Shown here: piece after piece, positions 1 through 9,373 of the stretch
Position numbering within the stretch: position 1 is the stretch's first letter
Layout of the letters: every line of letters starts with the position of its first letter
NCBI GenBank assembly: GCA_028714495.1
Contig: JAQTMH010000005.1
Coordinates: 32,840-96,839, forward strand
Direction of reading: 5' to 3'
Source of the DNA: Patescibacteria group bacterium
GTDB lineage: Bacteria; Patescibacteriota; Patescibacteriia; JAHIZJ01
Length of the DNA: 64,000 nucleotides
The notes under the pieces: generated by a model
What the model saw: the letters and a program-made list of their open reading frames with translations, nothing else
What the model was told of the DNA's origin: nothing
Databases searched by the model: none
Translations under genes and position numbers: made by a program

Positions 1-1046
1 GACACTTCTTCGCGGCGCGCCGGTTGGGAATAAAAGTTGAAGAATTTGGAATTGGTTTTCCGCCAAAGATTGTCGGGTTTAAAAAGAAAGGGACTATCTA
101 TTCGATTAACTGGATTCCGATAGGCGGATTTGTAAAAATAAAAGGCGAGGACGGCGGTCATTCGGCAGACAAAGATAGTTTTATTTCAAAATCGATCGCC
201 AAGCGCGCCACCGTTCTCTCGGCCGGCGTAATTATGAATGTGGTTTTGGCGATAATTCTGCTCTCGATCGGTTTTGGTATCGGCCTGCCCACCTTGATCG
301 ATGAAAACATCAAGAATTCAAATGTCCGCGATCAAAAGGTTCAAATTATCGACATCGAAAAAGGCACTCCGGCTTCTGAAACCGATCTGGCGGTCAATGA
401 CCAAATAGTTAAAATTGACGAAACAACGATTAATTCCATTGAAGATGTCAGGTCGTATAATACTGATAAAATAGGGCAAACCGTAAGAGTTACGGTAAAT
501 CGAATAAATAAGGAAATGGAATTCACGGTCGCCGTGAAAGATTTGGACAGTACTGGAGCTGGTAAATTGGGGGTAAACTTGGTCCAGGTTGGCATCGTTT
601 CATACCCCTGGTATGACGCTATCTGGCGTGGTTTTTTAACGACCTTTCAATTGCTCTGGGCTATTATCATGGCCTTTGTTTCACTGATAAAAGGATTGTT
701 TGTCGGGCAGCCCATCGGTGATTCATTAACCGGTCCGATCGGCATAGCGGTTTTAACCGGGCAAGTCGCCCAACTTGGTTTTATCTACCTCCTACAATTT
801 ACCGCTCTCTTGTCTCTTAATTTGGCGATAATTAACTTCGCGCCTTTCCCAGCCCTTGACGGCGGCCGCGTCCTGTTTTTGTTGATCGAAAAGGCCAGGA
901 AAAAGCGTATTCCGCAAAAGACTGAAGCCTTAATCCATAATCTTGGATTCACCTTGTTAATGCTATTAATCATTTTCATAACCTTTCGAGACGTAAGAAA
1001 ATTTAGTGGAGCTATCACGGGCTTTTTTAAAAACATTTTTTCGTAA
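1..1046 (+). CDS. rseP: RIP metalloprotease RseP (site-2 protease, M50), 5' end truncated by window edge
   Basis: The reading frame continues upstream of nt 1 (..HFFAARRLGIKVEEFGIGFPP matches the RseP HExxH-to-FSIGFG region). There is a PDZ-like middle segment. The C-terminal LNLAIINFAPFPALDGGR matches the M50 signature, and the protein is multi-TM. Confidence 0.8.
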   Translation, partial: HFFAARRLGIKVEEFGIGFPPKIVGFKKKGTIYSINWIPIGGFVKIKGEDGGHSADKDSFISKSIAKRATVLSAGVIMNVVLAIILLSIGFGIGLPTLIDENIKNSNVRDQKVQIIDIEKGTPASETDLAVNDQIVKIDETTINSIEDVRSYNTDKIGQTVRVTVNRINKEMEFTVAVKDLDSTGAGKLGVNLVQVGIVSYPWYDAIWRGFLTTFQLLWAIIMAFVSLIKGLFVGQPIGDSLTGPIGIAVLTGQVAQLGFIYLLQFTALLSLNLAIINFAPFPALDGGRVLFLLIEKARKKRIPQKTEALIHNLGFTLLMLLIIFITFRDVRKFSGAITGFFKNIFS

Positions 1047-1048
1047 CA

Positions 1049-2287
1049 ATGAAACAATCGGATATATTTACCAAGACATCAAACGTATTTCCAAAAGACG
1101 AGGTTTCGACGAACGCTCGCCTGCTCATTAAGGCTGGCTATATTGAAAAATTGATGGCCGGTGTTTACACCTACCTATATTTTGGCTGGCGGGTGATAAA
1201 AAAGATTGAAAATATTATTCGCGAAGAAATGGATCAGATCGGCGGTCAGGAAATATTTATGCCGGCCTTGCAACCTAAAAGCCTCTGGGATCAGACCGGC
1301 CGTTGGTCGGATTTAAGGGAAATTATGTATCAATTTGACGATCGCTCGGACCATCAAATTGGTTTGGCGACCACCCACGAAGAGGTGATAACGGATATTA
1401 TTAAGAAACATATCAAATCATATAAGGATTTGCCAAAATATATTTACCAAATTCAAAATAAATATCGAAACGAACCGAGAGCCAAATCAGGTTTGATCCG
1501 CGGACGCGAGTTTTTAATGAAAGATTTGTACAGTTTTCACGCTGACGAAAATGACTTGGATAATTATTACGAAATTGTAAAAAAGTCCTACCTGAATATT
1601 TTTAAACGATGCGGATTAAAGGTTTTTGTGATTGAAGCTTCGGGCGGCGCTTTTACCAAGAAATTTTCACACGAATTTACGGTCTTGAGCCCGGCCGGCG
1701 AGGATCGGGTGATATTATGCAGTAAATGTGATTTCGCGCAGAATCAAGAAATATCCGGGGAAAAAGAAGGCGATAAATGTCCCAAATGCTCGGCTCCATT
1801 AAAATTTGACAAGGGCATTGAAGTCGGCAATATTTTTAAATTGGGAACGCGGTTTAGTAAAGAGCAAAAAGCGTTTTTTACTGATTTAAACGGCGAGTTA
1901 AAACCCATTGTTATGGCTTCGTACGGAATTGGTTTGGGCCGCTTGATGGGAACGATAGTTGAAATCTACCATGATGAAAAAGGAATTATCTGGCCGGACG
2001 AAGTCGCCCCGTTTAAATACCACCTCCTGGTATTAGGCCAGAGCGAAAAAACCCTTGATCTGGCCAAGAGTGTTTATGATACTTGCCTAAAAAATAAGGT
2101 TGAGATACTATATGATGACCGTAAAGTCCACCCCGGGCAGAAGCTAAACGATTCTGATTTATTGGGCATTCCTAATCGTTTAGTGGTCAGCGATAAAAAC
2201 GATTCTAAAATTGAACTGAAGAAACGTTCTGAAAAATCAGTCAAGCTTTACCCAGCCCGAGAGATAATAAAAATAGCATCTTCATGA
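1049..2287 (+). CDS. proS: prolyl-tRNA synthetase (short form; INS editing domain replaced by a CxxC..CxxC zinc ribbon)
   Basis: Class IIa motif 2 (GLIRGREFLMKDLYSFH) and a C-terminal class IIa anticodon-binding domain. A CSKCDFAQ..(18)..CPKCS segment sits where bacterial INS normally lies. Confidence 0.85.
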   Translation: MKQSDIFTKTSNVFPKDEVSTNARLLIKAGYIEKLMAGVYTYLYFGWRVIKKIENIIREEMDQIGGQEIFMPALQPKSLWDQTGRWSDLREIMYQFDDRSDHQIGLATTHEEVITDIIKKHIKSYKDLPKYIYQIQNKYRNEPRAKSGLIRGREFLMKDLYSFHADENDLDNYYEIVKKSYLNIFKRCGLKVFVIEASGGAFTKKFSHEFTVLSPAGEDRVILCSKCDFAQNQEISGEKEGDKCPKCSAPLKFDKGIEVGNIFKLGTRFSKEQKAFFTDLNGELKPIVMASYGIGLGRLMGTIVEIYHDEKGIIWPDEVAPFKYHLLVLGQSEKTLDLAKSVYDTCLKNKVEILYDDRKVHPGQKLNDSDLLGIPNRLVVSDKNDSKIELKKRSEKSVKLYPAREIIKIASS

Positions 2288-3336
2288 TAAATATCTTCAA
2301 TCGATTCTTTGGAAGATTCTCCAAAGACATGGGAATAGATTTAGGAACTTCTAATACCCTCGTGTATGTCAAAGACAAGGGTATCATTATTAATGAGCCG
2401 TCGATCGTAGCCATTAATACTCGAACTGACCAGATAATCGCGGTCGGTGAGGATGCCCGAAGAATGGTCGGAAAAACACCCTCGCATATTATCGCTACCA
2501 AAGCCTTAGTTGACGGAGTAATTTCCGATTTTGAAATTACTGAACGGATGCTCAGGCATTTCATCGAAAAAGTCCATCGTGAAACTTTTACCGTAGTGCC
2601 CCGACCCAGAATTGTCATTGGCGTACCCCAGGGCATAACAGAGGTTGAAAGCAAGGCCGTGGAAGACGCAACTCTGAACGCCGGGGCCAGGCAAGTCTTC
2701 TTAATTGAAGAACCAATGGCCGCGGCTATCGGCGCCAGAATGCCTATTCAAGACGCTTCGGGAAATATGATTGTTGATATTGGAGGCGGGACAACGGAAA
2801 TCGCCGTTATTTCACTCGGCGGTGTAATAACTTGGCGCTCTCTCAGAGTTGCTGGCGACGAGCTTGACCAAAACATAATCCAGTATGCCAGAGAAAATTT
2901 CAACCTGTTAATCGGCGAACAGACAGCCGAAGCGGTAAAAATCGCCATTGCCATAGCTGGAGATATCGAGGAACCGCTGGAAACAAAAATGCGCGGTCGA
3001 GACCTAATCTCCGGTTTGCCCAGAGAAGTCTCAATTCACAGTTATCAAGTTCAGGAGGCAATCCAGCGTTCGATCCGTTTAATTGTCGAAAATATCAAGG
3101 ATACCATTGAATCTACGCCGCCTGAATTAGTCGCCGATATCTATGAACGGGGCGTTTTCTTGACTGGCGGTGGCGCGTTGCTGCGCAATCTTGATAAAAT
3201 CTTACAAAGAGAGACTCAAATTCCAGTGCATATTGCCGACGATCCATTAACTTGCGTTGTTCGTGGCGCCGGCATAGTTCTGGAGGATCTGGAGAAATTA
3301 AAAGACGTATTAACTATCTCCAGCCACGTCGAATAG
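2284..3336 (+). CDS. mreB: rod shape-determining protein MreB (actin-like ATPase)
   Basis: N-terminus FGRFSKDMGIDLGTSNTLVYVKDKGIIINEPSIVAI is typical MreB. The ATGA start/stop overlaps proS. Confidence 0.9.
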   Translation: MINIFNRFFGRFSKDMGIDLGTSNTLVYVKDKGIIINEPSIVAINTRTDQIIAVGEDARRMVGKTPSHIIATKALVDGVISDFEITERMLRHFIEKVHRETFTVVPRPRIVIGVPQGITEVESKAVEDATLNAGARQVFLIEEPMAAAIGARMPIQDASGNMIVDIGGGTTEIAVISLGGVITWRSLRVAGDELDQNIIQYARENFNLLIGEQTAEAVKIAIAIAGDIEEPLETKMRGRDLISGLPREVSIHSYQVQEAIQRSIRLIVENIKDTIESTPPELVADIYERGVFLTGGGALLRNLDKILQRETQIPVHIADDPLTCVVRGAGIVLEDLEKLKDVLTISSHVE

Positions 3337-3338
3337 CC

Positions 3339-4142
3339 ATGAAGAGACGGCTTTACATAATAACCGGGGTCATATTGGCAGTGGTAACTCTGCTCATTTT
3401 TTTTGGCTATGGCACGATTGTCAAACCATTCGGGGATTTATTTACGCTTATCTTAAGGCCGTTACAAGGTAAAAGTTTTCCGGCGGCTCAAGCCATCAAT
3501 GACTATCTAGCTCGCCATGATAAGGTTAATGATTTAGTTGCGGAAAATGAAAACATTAAAAATGATTTAGAAAAATTAAGAATTGAAAATAGCCGCCTCA
3601 GGTCAGAAATAAAAGATTTGAATATCATCCGAGACGAGCAAGAATTTTTAGACAATCAAGGCTACACCTATGTCACGGCTCGCGCCATCGGCAGGACCAG
3701 CGATAATATATTGGAAGAAATAATTATAAATGTCGGCAAAAAAGAAGGGGTGTCCGATGGTTTGGCCGTAGTTAGCAAACAAGGCTATCTAATCGGTAAA
3801 GTTGTTGAAACACGGGAAACAATCTCAAAAGTATTATTAATAACTGACAGCCGGAGTGAAATAGCCGCCGAAGTGCAGAACGAAACGGGCGCGCCCGGTT
3901 TAATCGTCAGCCACCTTGGCTTATCGCTAATAATGGATTTAATACCCCAGAATGAGATTATCCAGTCTGATCAAATGATCATTACTTCCGGACTGGAATC
4001 AAATATACCCAAAGGGCTCGTGATCGGAAGAATTGGCTCGGTGGCCCAGAATCCTGGGGACATATTTAAACAAGCCGCGGTGATCACTGACCTTGATTAT
4101 CGAAGAATCGATATTGTTTCCGTAATAATTGGTCAAAAATAG
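3339..4142 (+). CDS. mreC: rod shape-determining protein MreC
   Basis: Single N-terminal TM, a coiled-coil (NENIKNDLEKLRIENSRLRSEIKDL), then beta-rich domains. Positioned between mreB and mreD. Start chosen at MKRRLY. Confidence 0.75.
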   Translation: MKRRLYIITGVILAVVTLLIFFGYGTIVKPFGDLFTLILRPLQGKSFPAAQAINDYLARHDKVNDLVAENENIKNDLEKLRIENSRLRSEIKDLNIIRDEQEFLDNQGYTYVTARAIGRTSDNILEEIIINVGKKEGVSDGLAVVSKQGYLIGKVVETRETISKVLLITDSRSEIAAEVQNETGAPGLIVSHLGLSLIMDLIPQNEIIQSDQMIITSGLESNIPKGLVIGRIGSVAQNPGDIFKQAAVITDLDYRRIDIVSVIIGQK

Positions 4143-4144
4143 TT

Positions 4145-4672
4145 ATGTTGAAAAATATCCTGATTTTCATTATTCTGGTTCTAGTAATTTTTTTTAATGT
4201 AAGTTTTTTGTCGGAATTTACCTGGTGGCAACAAAATGTAAATTCAATTCTTATTATCGCGATGGTCCTTCTTTTAGCGATGCGCTTGCGGCAATATTTA
4301 GTTTGGATATCAATCGTTGGCCTGATCGCTGACACTTACTCGGGATTTGGCTTTGGGGCCATAACCCTGTCTCTCATTTTGACTAGTTTGATCGCCTATA
4401 TTCTGTATGTAAATTATTTTTCGCATCATACCAGCCTGGTATTGGTTATTTTGATGGCTATCCAAGTATTAACCTATGGCCTGCTCTTCGCTGCTTTTAC
4501 CCGTTTATTCTATTTCATCGGGTTTAACGCTTTTTACATCCAGATAAACTCAGAATACATATTTTTCATCGCTAGGCAGATTATCTTTTCTTGTTTCATA
4601 TTCGTTATTCTGTATGTGTTTTTTAACAGGTTGTTCAGTAATTTTAGAGAAAGGTTTATTATCAATCGTTAA
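4145..4672 (+). CDS. mreD: rod shape-determining protein MreD (polytopic membrane protein)
   Basis: Wholly hydrophobic 175-aa protein in the mreBC-mrdA context. Confidence 0.5.
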   Translation: MLKNILIFIILVLVIFFNVSFLSEFTWWQQNVNSILIIAMVLLLAMRLRQYLVWISIVGLIADTYSGFGFGAITLSLILTSLIAYILYVNYFSHHTSLVLVILMAIQVLTYGLLFAAFTRLFYFIGFNAFYIQINSEYIFFIARQIIFSCFIFVILYVFFNRLFSNFRERFIINR

Positions 4673-4677
4673 TATAT

Positions 4678-6600
4678 ATGGGTAACGATCCATTTTCAGT
4701 TTTTGGCGATTCAAACGACATAAAAAACCGGGCGATAAAGGACTATTCGTTTAACCGCACCGAGGGAGATATTTATCGGCCGGAAGACGCCGGAAGCGAA
4801 TCTCTTAGATTGCACATTTCGCCGAGTCGTCTAAATTTTTTAGTTGTATTAATGGCGCTCGGTTTAGGAACGCTGCTTTTCCGAACCGGATATCTGCAAA
4901 TTGCCCAAGGCTCGGTCTACCGACAAATGGCCGAAGAGAACAGAATAAGAATCCAGTGGGTTAAGCCTCCGCGAGGACTGATTTTTGATCGCAATGAATA
5001 TTCACTGGTAGAAAACATTCCAAATTTTATTATTCAGGCCGTCCCGGCGGATTTGCCAAAAGATGAAACAGAGCGACAAAATATTATATTTGAATTGTCT
5101 CAAACATTAAACACCGATCCGGTAAATATTAATAACGCCTTATCAAAAGAATCGTCTGAATCATATGAACCAATTACCCTTTTTGAGCACATAGATATTG
5201 AAAAAGCCATCCAATTGAAAATAAAGAGCAGCCATTTGCCTGGAATATCAGTAATCGCGGAATCGAACAGAAAATATACCGCCGGTCCGCCCTTTTCAAA
5301 TATTATCGGCTATATCGGCAAGATAACGTCAGCTGAGTTAGCGACATTTGAAGAAGATGAATATTTACGAAACGATTATACCGGCAAAGTCGGTCTAGAA
5401 AAATCTTACGAGAAGACACTTCGGGGAGTTTATGGACGCAATCATATAGAAGTGGATTCGCTCGGCAAAGTAAAAAAAATCGTCGCCTCCGAAAAAGCTG
5501 AGCCGGGACAAAATTTGATATTGTCAATTGACCATACCTATCAAGAAAAGCTTCAGGAATTACTCGATGCTCAAGTTGAAAGATTAAATAGCAATGGCGG
5601 TTCGGCCATCGCGCTTGATCCTCGAAATGGCGAGGTGCTGGCCTTAGTCAGCTCGCCAGCGTACGACAATAACTTGTTCATTGGAGAACTGACTAATGAA
5701 GAATATCAAGAATTAATTAACGATCCAAAGCAGCCTTTATTTAACCGCCCCATCAGCGGCGAGTATCCGTCTGGGTCAACCATTAAACCACTGATCGCCG
5801 GGGCTGCCTTAACCGAAGGATTGATCACTCCGAATACTCAGGTGCTGAGCACCGGCGGGATAAAAATTGACAAATGGTTTTTCCCGGATTGGAAAAGCGG
5901 CGGGCATGGTTTGACAAATGTGACGAAAGCGCTCGCTGAATCAGTGAATACTTTTTTCTACGCCATTGGCGGAGGCTATGAAAATATTACCGGCTTGGGC
6001 GTCGACAAGATAAATGACTACGCGACAAAGTTTGGATTCGGCAAACCTTTAAATATCGATTTGCCCGGTGAAGCCTCTGGCTTTTTGCCAACCAAAGAAT
6101 GGAAAGAAAGGGTTAAGGGTGAGCCTTGGTATATTGGAGATACTTATCATCTGGCGATCGGGCAGGGCGATTTATTGGTAACTCCGCTCCAAATCACAAA
6201 TTTAATCGCGACTTTTGCCAACGGCGGCACAGTCTATCAGCCACATCTGGTCAGAGCCGTCTCTGACGCCACCACCGGAGAACAAATCTATACCGAACCG
6301 ACAGTAGTCAACCAGCAGGTTATTCCAAAAAACGCTGTTAACGCGGTCAGGCAGGGATTGCGTGAAGCGGTTCTATCAGGCAGCGCCCGTTCGCTCGCTG
6401 ATTTAAGTGTATCCAGCGCCGGAAAAACAGGTTCAGCTCAATTTGCAGACAATAAAACTCACGCCTGGTTTACCGGCTTTGCCCCATATGATAATCCTGA
6501 AATCGTCATCACGGTAATGATTGAAGGCGGGGGAGAGGGCAATGCTACGGCCCTGCCCGTTGCCAAAGACTTTCTTACTTGGTATTATGGTAATCGATAG
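4678..6600 (+). CDS. mrdA: penicillin-binding protein 2 (peptidoglycan D,D-transpeptidase MrdA)
   Basis: N-terminal TM and PBP dimerisation region. Transpeptidase motifs SGSTIKP (SxxK) and AGKTGSA (KTG). Confidence 0.8.
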   Translation: MGNDPFSVFGDSNDIKNRAIKDYSFNRTEGDIYRPEDAGSESLRLHISPSRLNFLVVLMALGLGTLLFRTGYLQIAQGSVYRQMAEENRIRIQWVKPPRGLIFDRNEYSLVENIPNFIIQAVPADLPKDETERQNIIFELSQTLNTDPVNINNALSKESSESYEPITLFEHIDIEKAIQLKIKSSHLPGISVIAESNRKYTAGPPFSNIIGYIGKITSAELATFEEDEYLRNDYTGKVGLEKSYEKTLRGVYGRNHIEVDSLGKVKKIVASEKAEPGQNLILSIDHTYQEKLQELLDAQVERLNSNGGSAIALDPRNGEVLALVSSPAYDNNLFIGELTNEEYQELINDPKQPLFNRPISGEYPSGSTIKPLIAGAALTEGLITPNTQVLSTGGIKIDKWFFPDWKSGGHGLTNVTKALAESVNTFFYAIGGGYENITGLGVDKINDYATKFGFGKPLNIDLPGEASGFLPTKEWKERVKGEPWYIGDTYHLAIGQGDLLVTPLQITNLIATFANGGTVYQPHLVRAVSDATTGEQIYTEPTVVNQQVIPKNAVNAVRQGLREAVLSGSARSLADLSVSSAGKTGSAQFADNKTHAWFTGFAPYDNPEIVITVMIEGGGEGNATALPVAKDFLTWYYGNR

Positions 6601-6691
6601 TTCTGTGGATAAGTTTATTGACTCAAACTACCTAATCTATTACTTATTAAATCAATAAATAGCGCTAATTTTAACGGAGATTTTTTATATT

Positions 6692-7168
6692 ATGACGACT
6701 GACAAAGAGGCCTATATCACCCAGGAAGGATACGAAAGGCTGAAGAAGGAACTCGAAGACTTAAAGAACAACAAAAGAAAGGAAATCGCCAACCGGATCC
6801 AGGAGGCGAAAGAATTGGGTGATCTATCTGAAAACGCGGAATACGCGGAAGCTAAAAATGAACAGGCCTTTATCGAGGGCCGGGTTATTCAGCTTGAAAA
6901 TTTATTGAAAAATGTAACGATTATTGAAAGCAACAAGACGCCTCTTAATAAAAATATCGTTCAGGTCGGATCGGTTATTGAACTTAAAACAGGAAACCGC
7001 AATCAAACATATACGATCGTCGGCTCAAATGAAGCTGATCCCGAATCTGGAAAAATTTCAAATGAGTCGCCGTTGGGCCAGGCATTTCTGGGAAGAAAAA
7101 TTGGCGAGCAAGTAGAAGTGGCTATTCCCGCGGGCAAGGTTACGTATACGATAACAAATATTAAATAA
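6692..7168 (+). CDS. greA: transcription elongation factor GreA
   Basis: GDLSENAEYAEAKNEQ motif, an N-terminal coiled coil and a C-terminal FKBP-like domain. Length 158 aa. A GGAG RBS lies upstream. Confidence 0.85.
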   Translation: MTTDKEAYITQEGYERLKKELEDLKNNKRKEIANRIQEAKELGDLSENAEYAEAKNEQAFIEGRVIQLENLLKNVTIIESNKTPLNKNIVQVGSVIELKTGNRNQTYTIVGSNEADPESGKISNESPLGQAFLGRKIGEQVEVAIPAGKVTYTITNIK

Positions 7169-7231
7169 TCACCCAGTGATACATGGTAAGCATTCGGCTG
7201 GCCTGTTTTTGCATAAGTTTGATCCTAGAAT

Positions 7232-7261
7232 TTGATTTTATCGCGCAAATAGTGATATAAT
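7232..7261 (+). promoter_or_regulatory. putative sigma70-type promoter upstream of lysS (TTGATT-N18-TGaTATAAT, extended -10)
   Basis: Seen in sequence 21-50 nt upstream of the lysS ATG. This is inference only. Confidence 0.3.
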
Positions 7262-7281
7262 TTCAATGAACCAATAATGTT

Positions 7282-8760
7282 ATGAGCCGACTCGATGAAA
7301 CCAGAGACATAAGATTAGCCAAGCTCAAAAAAATAGTTGAGCTCGGTTATTGCGCTTATCCGTCTGAATCACACCGGACCCATAAAACGGCTGACGCGGT
7401 ATCGGCCTATGAAGAACTTTCGAAAAAGACAAACCCGATAACTTTAGCCGGCCGAATACGTTCAATCAGACGGCATGGCGGTTCGGCTTTTGTCGATATT
7501 AATGATTTGACCGGAACAATTCAAATATTCATAAGCCGGGCTGAGACAGGGGAAAAGGCGTATAAAGAATTCGCGGAGTTGATCGATCCGAGCGACCTGG
7601 TCGAGTTTAGCGGCACCCTATTTAAAACCAAGCAGGGGCAGATAACGTTAAACGCGAAAACCTACAACTTGCTCTCAAAAAGTTTGAGAAATATTCCAGA
7701 AGATCATTTTGGATTAAAAGACGTGGAGACCAGGCTGCGCAAAAGGTATCTTGATCTGGCCGTCAATCCGGAAACTCGGCAATTATTTATTAAGAAGTCT
7801 GTTTTTTGGCAAAGCCTGCGCCAATTAATGACGCAGCATGATTTTCTGGAAGTCGAAACGCCGGTGCTTGAAGATATCCCTGGCGGCGCCGAAGCAGAAC
7901 CGTTTATCACTCATCACCAGGCCTTGGATCGCGATTTCTTTTTGCGCATCTCTTTGGAGCTTCCATTAAAGAGACTTCTCGTCGGAGGCCTGGAAAAGGT
8001 CTTTGAGATTGGCAGGATCTTCCGCAATGAAGGAATCTCGACTGAACATCTCCAGGATTATACTCAGCTGGAATTTTATTGGGCTTACGCTGATTATAAC
8101 GATCTGATGAAATTCGTCCAAGAATTATATCGAGAAACGATTAAAAAAGTGACCGGCAGCCTGGTCATTACCAGCCGAGGCCATAAGGTTGATTGGGGCA
8201 AGCCATGGAAAACGTATGACTACTTCGATGAATTTGAAAAAAATACCGGACTTAAGCTGGAAAAAGTTACCGAGGCGCAATTAAAAATTGAAGCAAAAAA
8301 GCTCGGGCTGGCATTTGAGAAACATGCCGGACGAGGCAAACTAATCGATTTAATTTACAAAAAGAAAGTCAGGCCGAAACTAATCGATCCTGGATTCCTG
8401 GTCAATCCTCCCGTCGACATTGAACCTCTGGCTAAACGTCTGCCGAAAGAACCAGACCGGGTTCAACGCTTTCAGGTAATGGCTTACGGCACGGAACTAG
8501 GCAAGGGCTTTTCGGAATTGAATGACCCGATTGATCAGCGGGAGCGTTTTGAACAGCAGATGAAGCTTAGGGCGGCCGGAGATAAAGAAGCCCAGATGAT
8601 TGATGAAGACTATCTTGAAGCCATGGAATACGGCCTGCCCCCGGCCGCCGGTTTTGGTTTATCAGAAAGGTTGTTCTCGGTCATCATGGATGTAACCGCA
8701 CGCGAGGCGGTTCTTTTCCCGCCCATGAAAGTTGAAGATAATATAAACAACAATGAATAG
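7282..8760 (+). CDS. lysS: lysyl-tRNA synthetase, class II
   Basis: N-terminal OB anticodon-binding domain. The class II core includes FLEVETPVL and EIGRIFRNEGIS motifs. Confidence 0.9.
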   Translation: MSRLDETRDIRLAKLKKIVELGYCAYPSESHRTHKTADAVSAYEELSKKTNPITLAGRIRSIRRHGGSAFVDINDLTGTIQIFISRAETGEKAYKEFAELIDPSDLVEFSGTLFKTKQGQITLNAKTYNLLSKSLRNIPEDHFGLKDVETRLRKRYLDLAVNPETRQLFIKKSVFWQSLRQLMTQHDFLEVETPVLEDIPGGAEAEPFITHHQALDRDFFLRISLELPLKRLLVGGLEKVFEIGRIFRNEGISTEHLQDYTQLEFYWAYADYNDLMKFVQELYRETIKKVTGSLVITSRGHKVDWGKPWKTYDYFDEFEKNTGLKLEKVTEAQLKIEAKKLGLAFEKHAGRGKLIDLIYKKKVRPKLIDPGFLVNPPVDIEPLAKRLPKEPDRVQRFQVMAYGTELGKGFSELNDPIDQRERFEQQMKLRAAGDKEAQMIDEDYLEAMEYGLPPAAGFGLSERLFSVIMDVTAREAVLFPPMKVEDNINNNE

Positions 8761-9304
8761 AGAAGAGGCGTTTAAATTACTCAAAGAATATAATAAGAAT
8801 CCCAATCTGATTAAGCACGGCTTGGCGGTTGAAGCTGTGATGCGCTGGTACGCGGAAAAATTCGGCGAGGACGAGGAAAAATGGACAGTGACCGGATTGC
8901 TCCATGATTTTGATTATGAAATCCATCCCCAGGCTCCGGATCATCCGCTGAAGGGAGCCGAGATACTTCGTGAAAAGGGTTGTCCTGATGACATAATCGA
9001 AGCGATCCTTGGCCACGCTGATTATTCCGGCGTGCCCAGGCTGACAAAAATGTCAAAAACATTATTCGCTTCTGATGAACTGGCCGGATTTATCATTGCC
9101 GTAGCGCTGGTCCGCCCATCCAAAAAACTATCAGAAGTAACCCCGGAATCAGTTAAGAAGAAATTAAAAGACAAGGCCTTTGCCAGGCAGGTAAGGCGCG
9201 AGGATATTATCAAAGGCGCGGAAGAAATAGAAATTTCAATGGATGAACATATTAAAAATTGTATTTTAGCTCTTCAAGGCGTTTCCGAAGAGCTGGGACT
9301 GTAA
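8753..9304 (+). CDS. HD-domain phosphohydrolase
   Basis: H..HDFDY and GHADYS motifs. 183 aa. Confidence 0.6.
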   Translation: MNREEAFKLLKEYNKNPNLIKHGLAVEAVMRWYAEKFGEDEEKWTVTGLLHDFDYEIHPQAPDHPLKGAEILREKGCPDDIIEAILGHADYSGVPRLTKMSKTLFASDELAGFIIAVALVRPSKKLSEVTPESVKKKLKDKAFARQVRREDIIKGAEEIEISMDEHIKNCILALQGVSEELGL

Positions 9305-9319
9305 GTTTAACATCCAACA

Positions 9320-9366
9320 TTTTGAATTTTTAATTTTATCCCCGATTTAATCGGGGATTGAATTGC
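9320..9366. repeat. composite repeat: AT-rich motif (TTTTGAATTTTTAATTTTA) + GC hairpin CCCCGATTTAATCGGGG + ATTGAATT, directly upstream of the serS ATG
   Basis: A second copy lies at 63021-63067 (hairpin CCCCGACTTGATCGGGG + ATTGAATT), also ending about 8 nt before an ATG. Confidence 0.5.
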
Positions 9367-9373
9367 CCCCTCC

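Noticed and set aside
8777-9213. Antisense ORFs within the HD-domain gene (8777..9016, 8811..9062, 9022..9213)
   Set aside because: They overlap a motif-bearing + strand gene and carry no independent signals.
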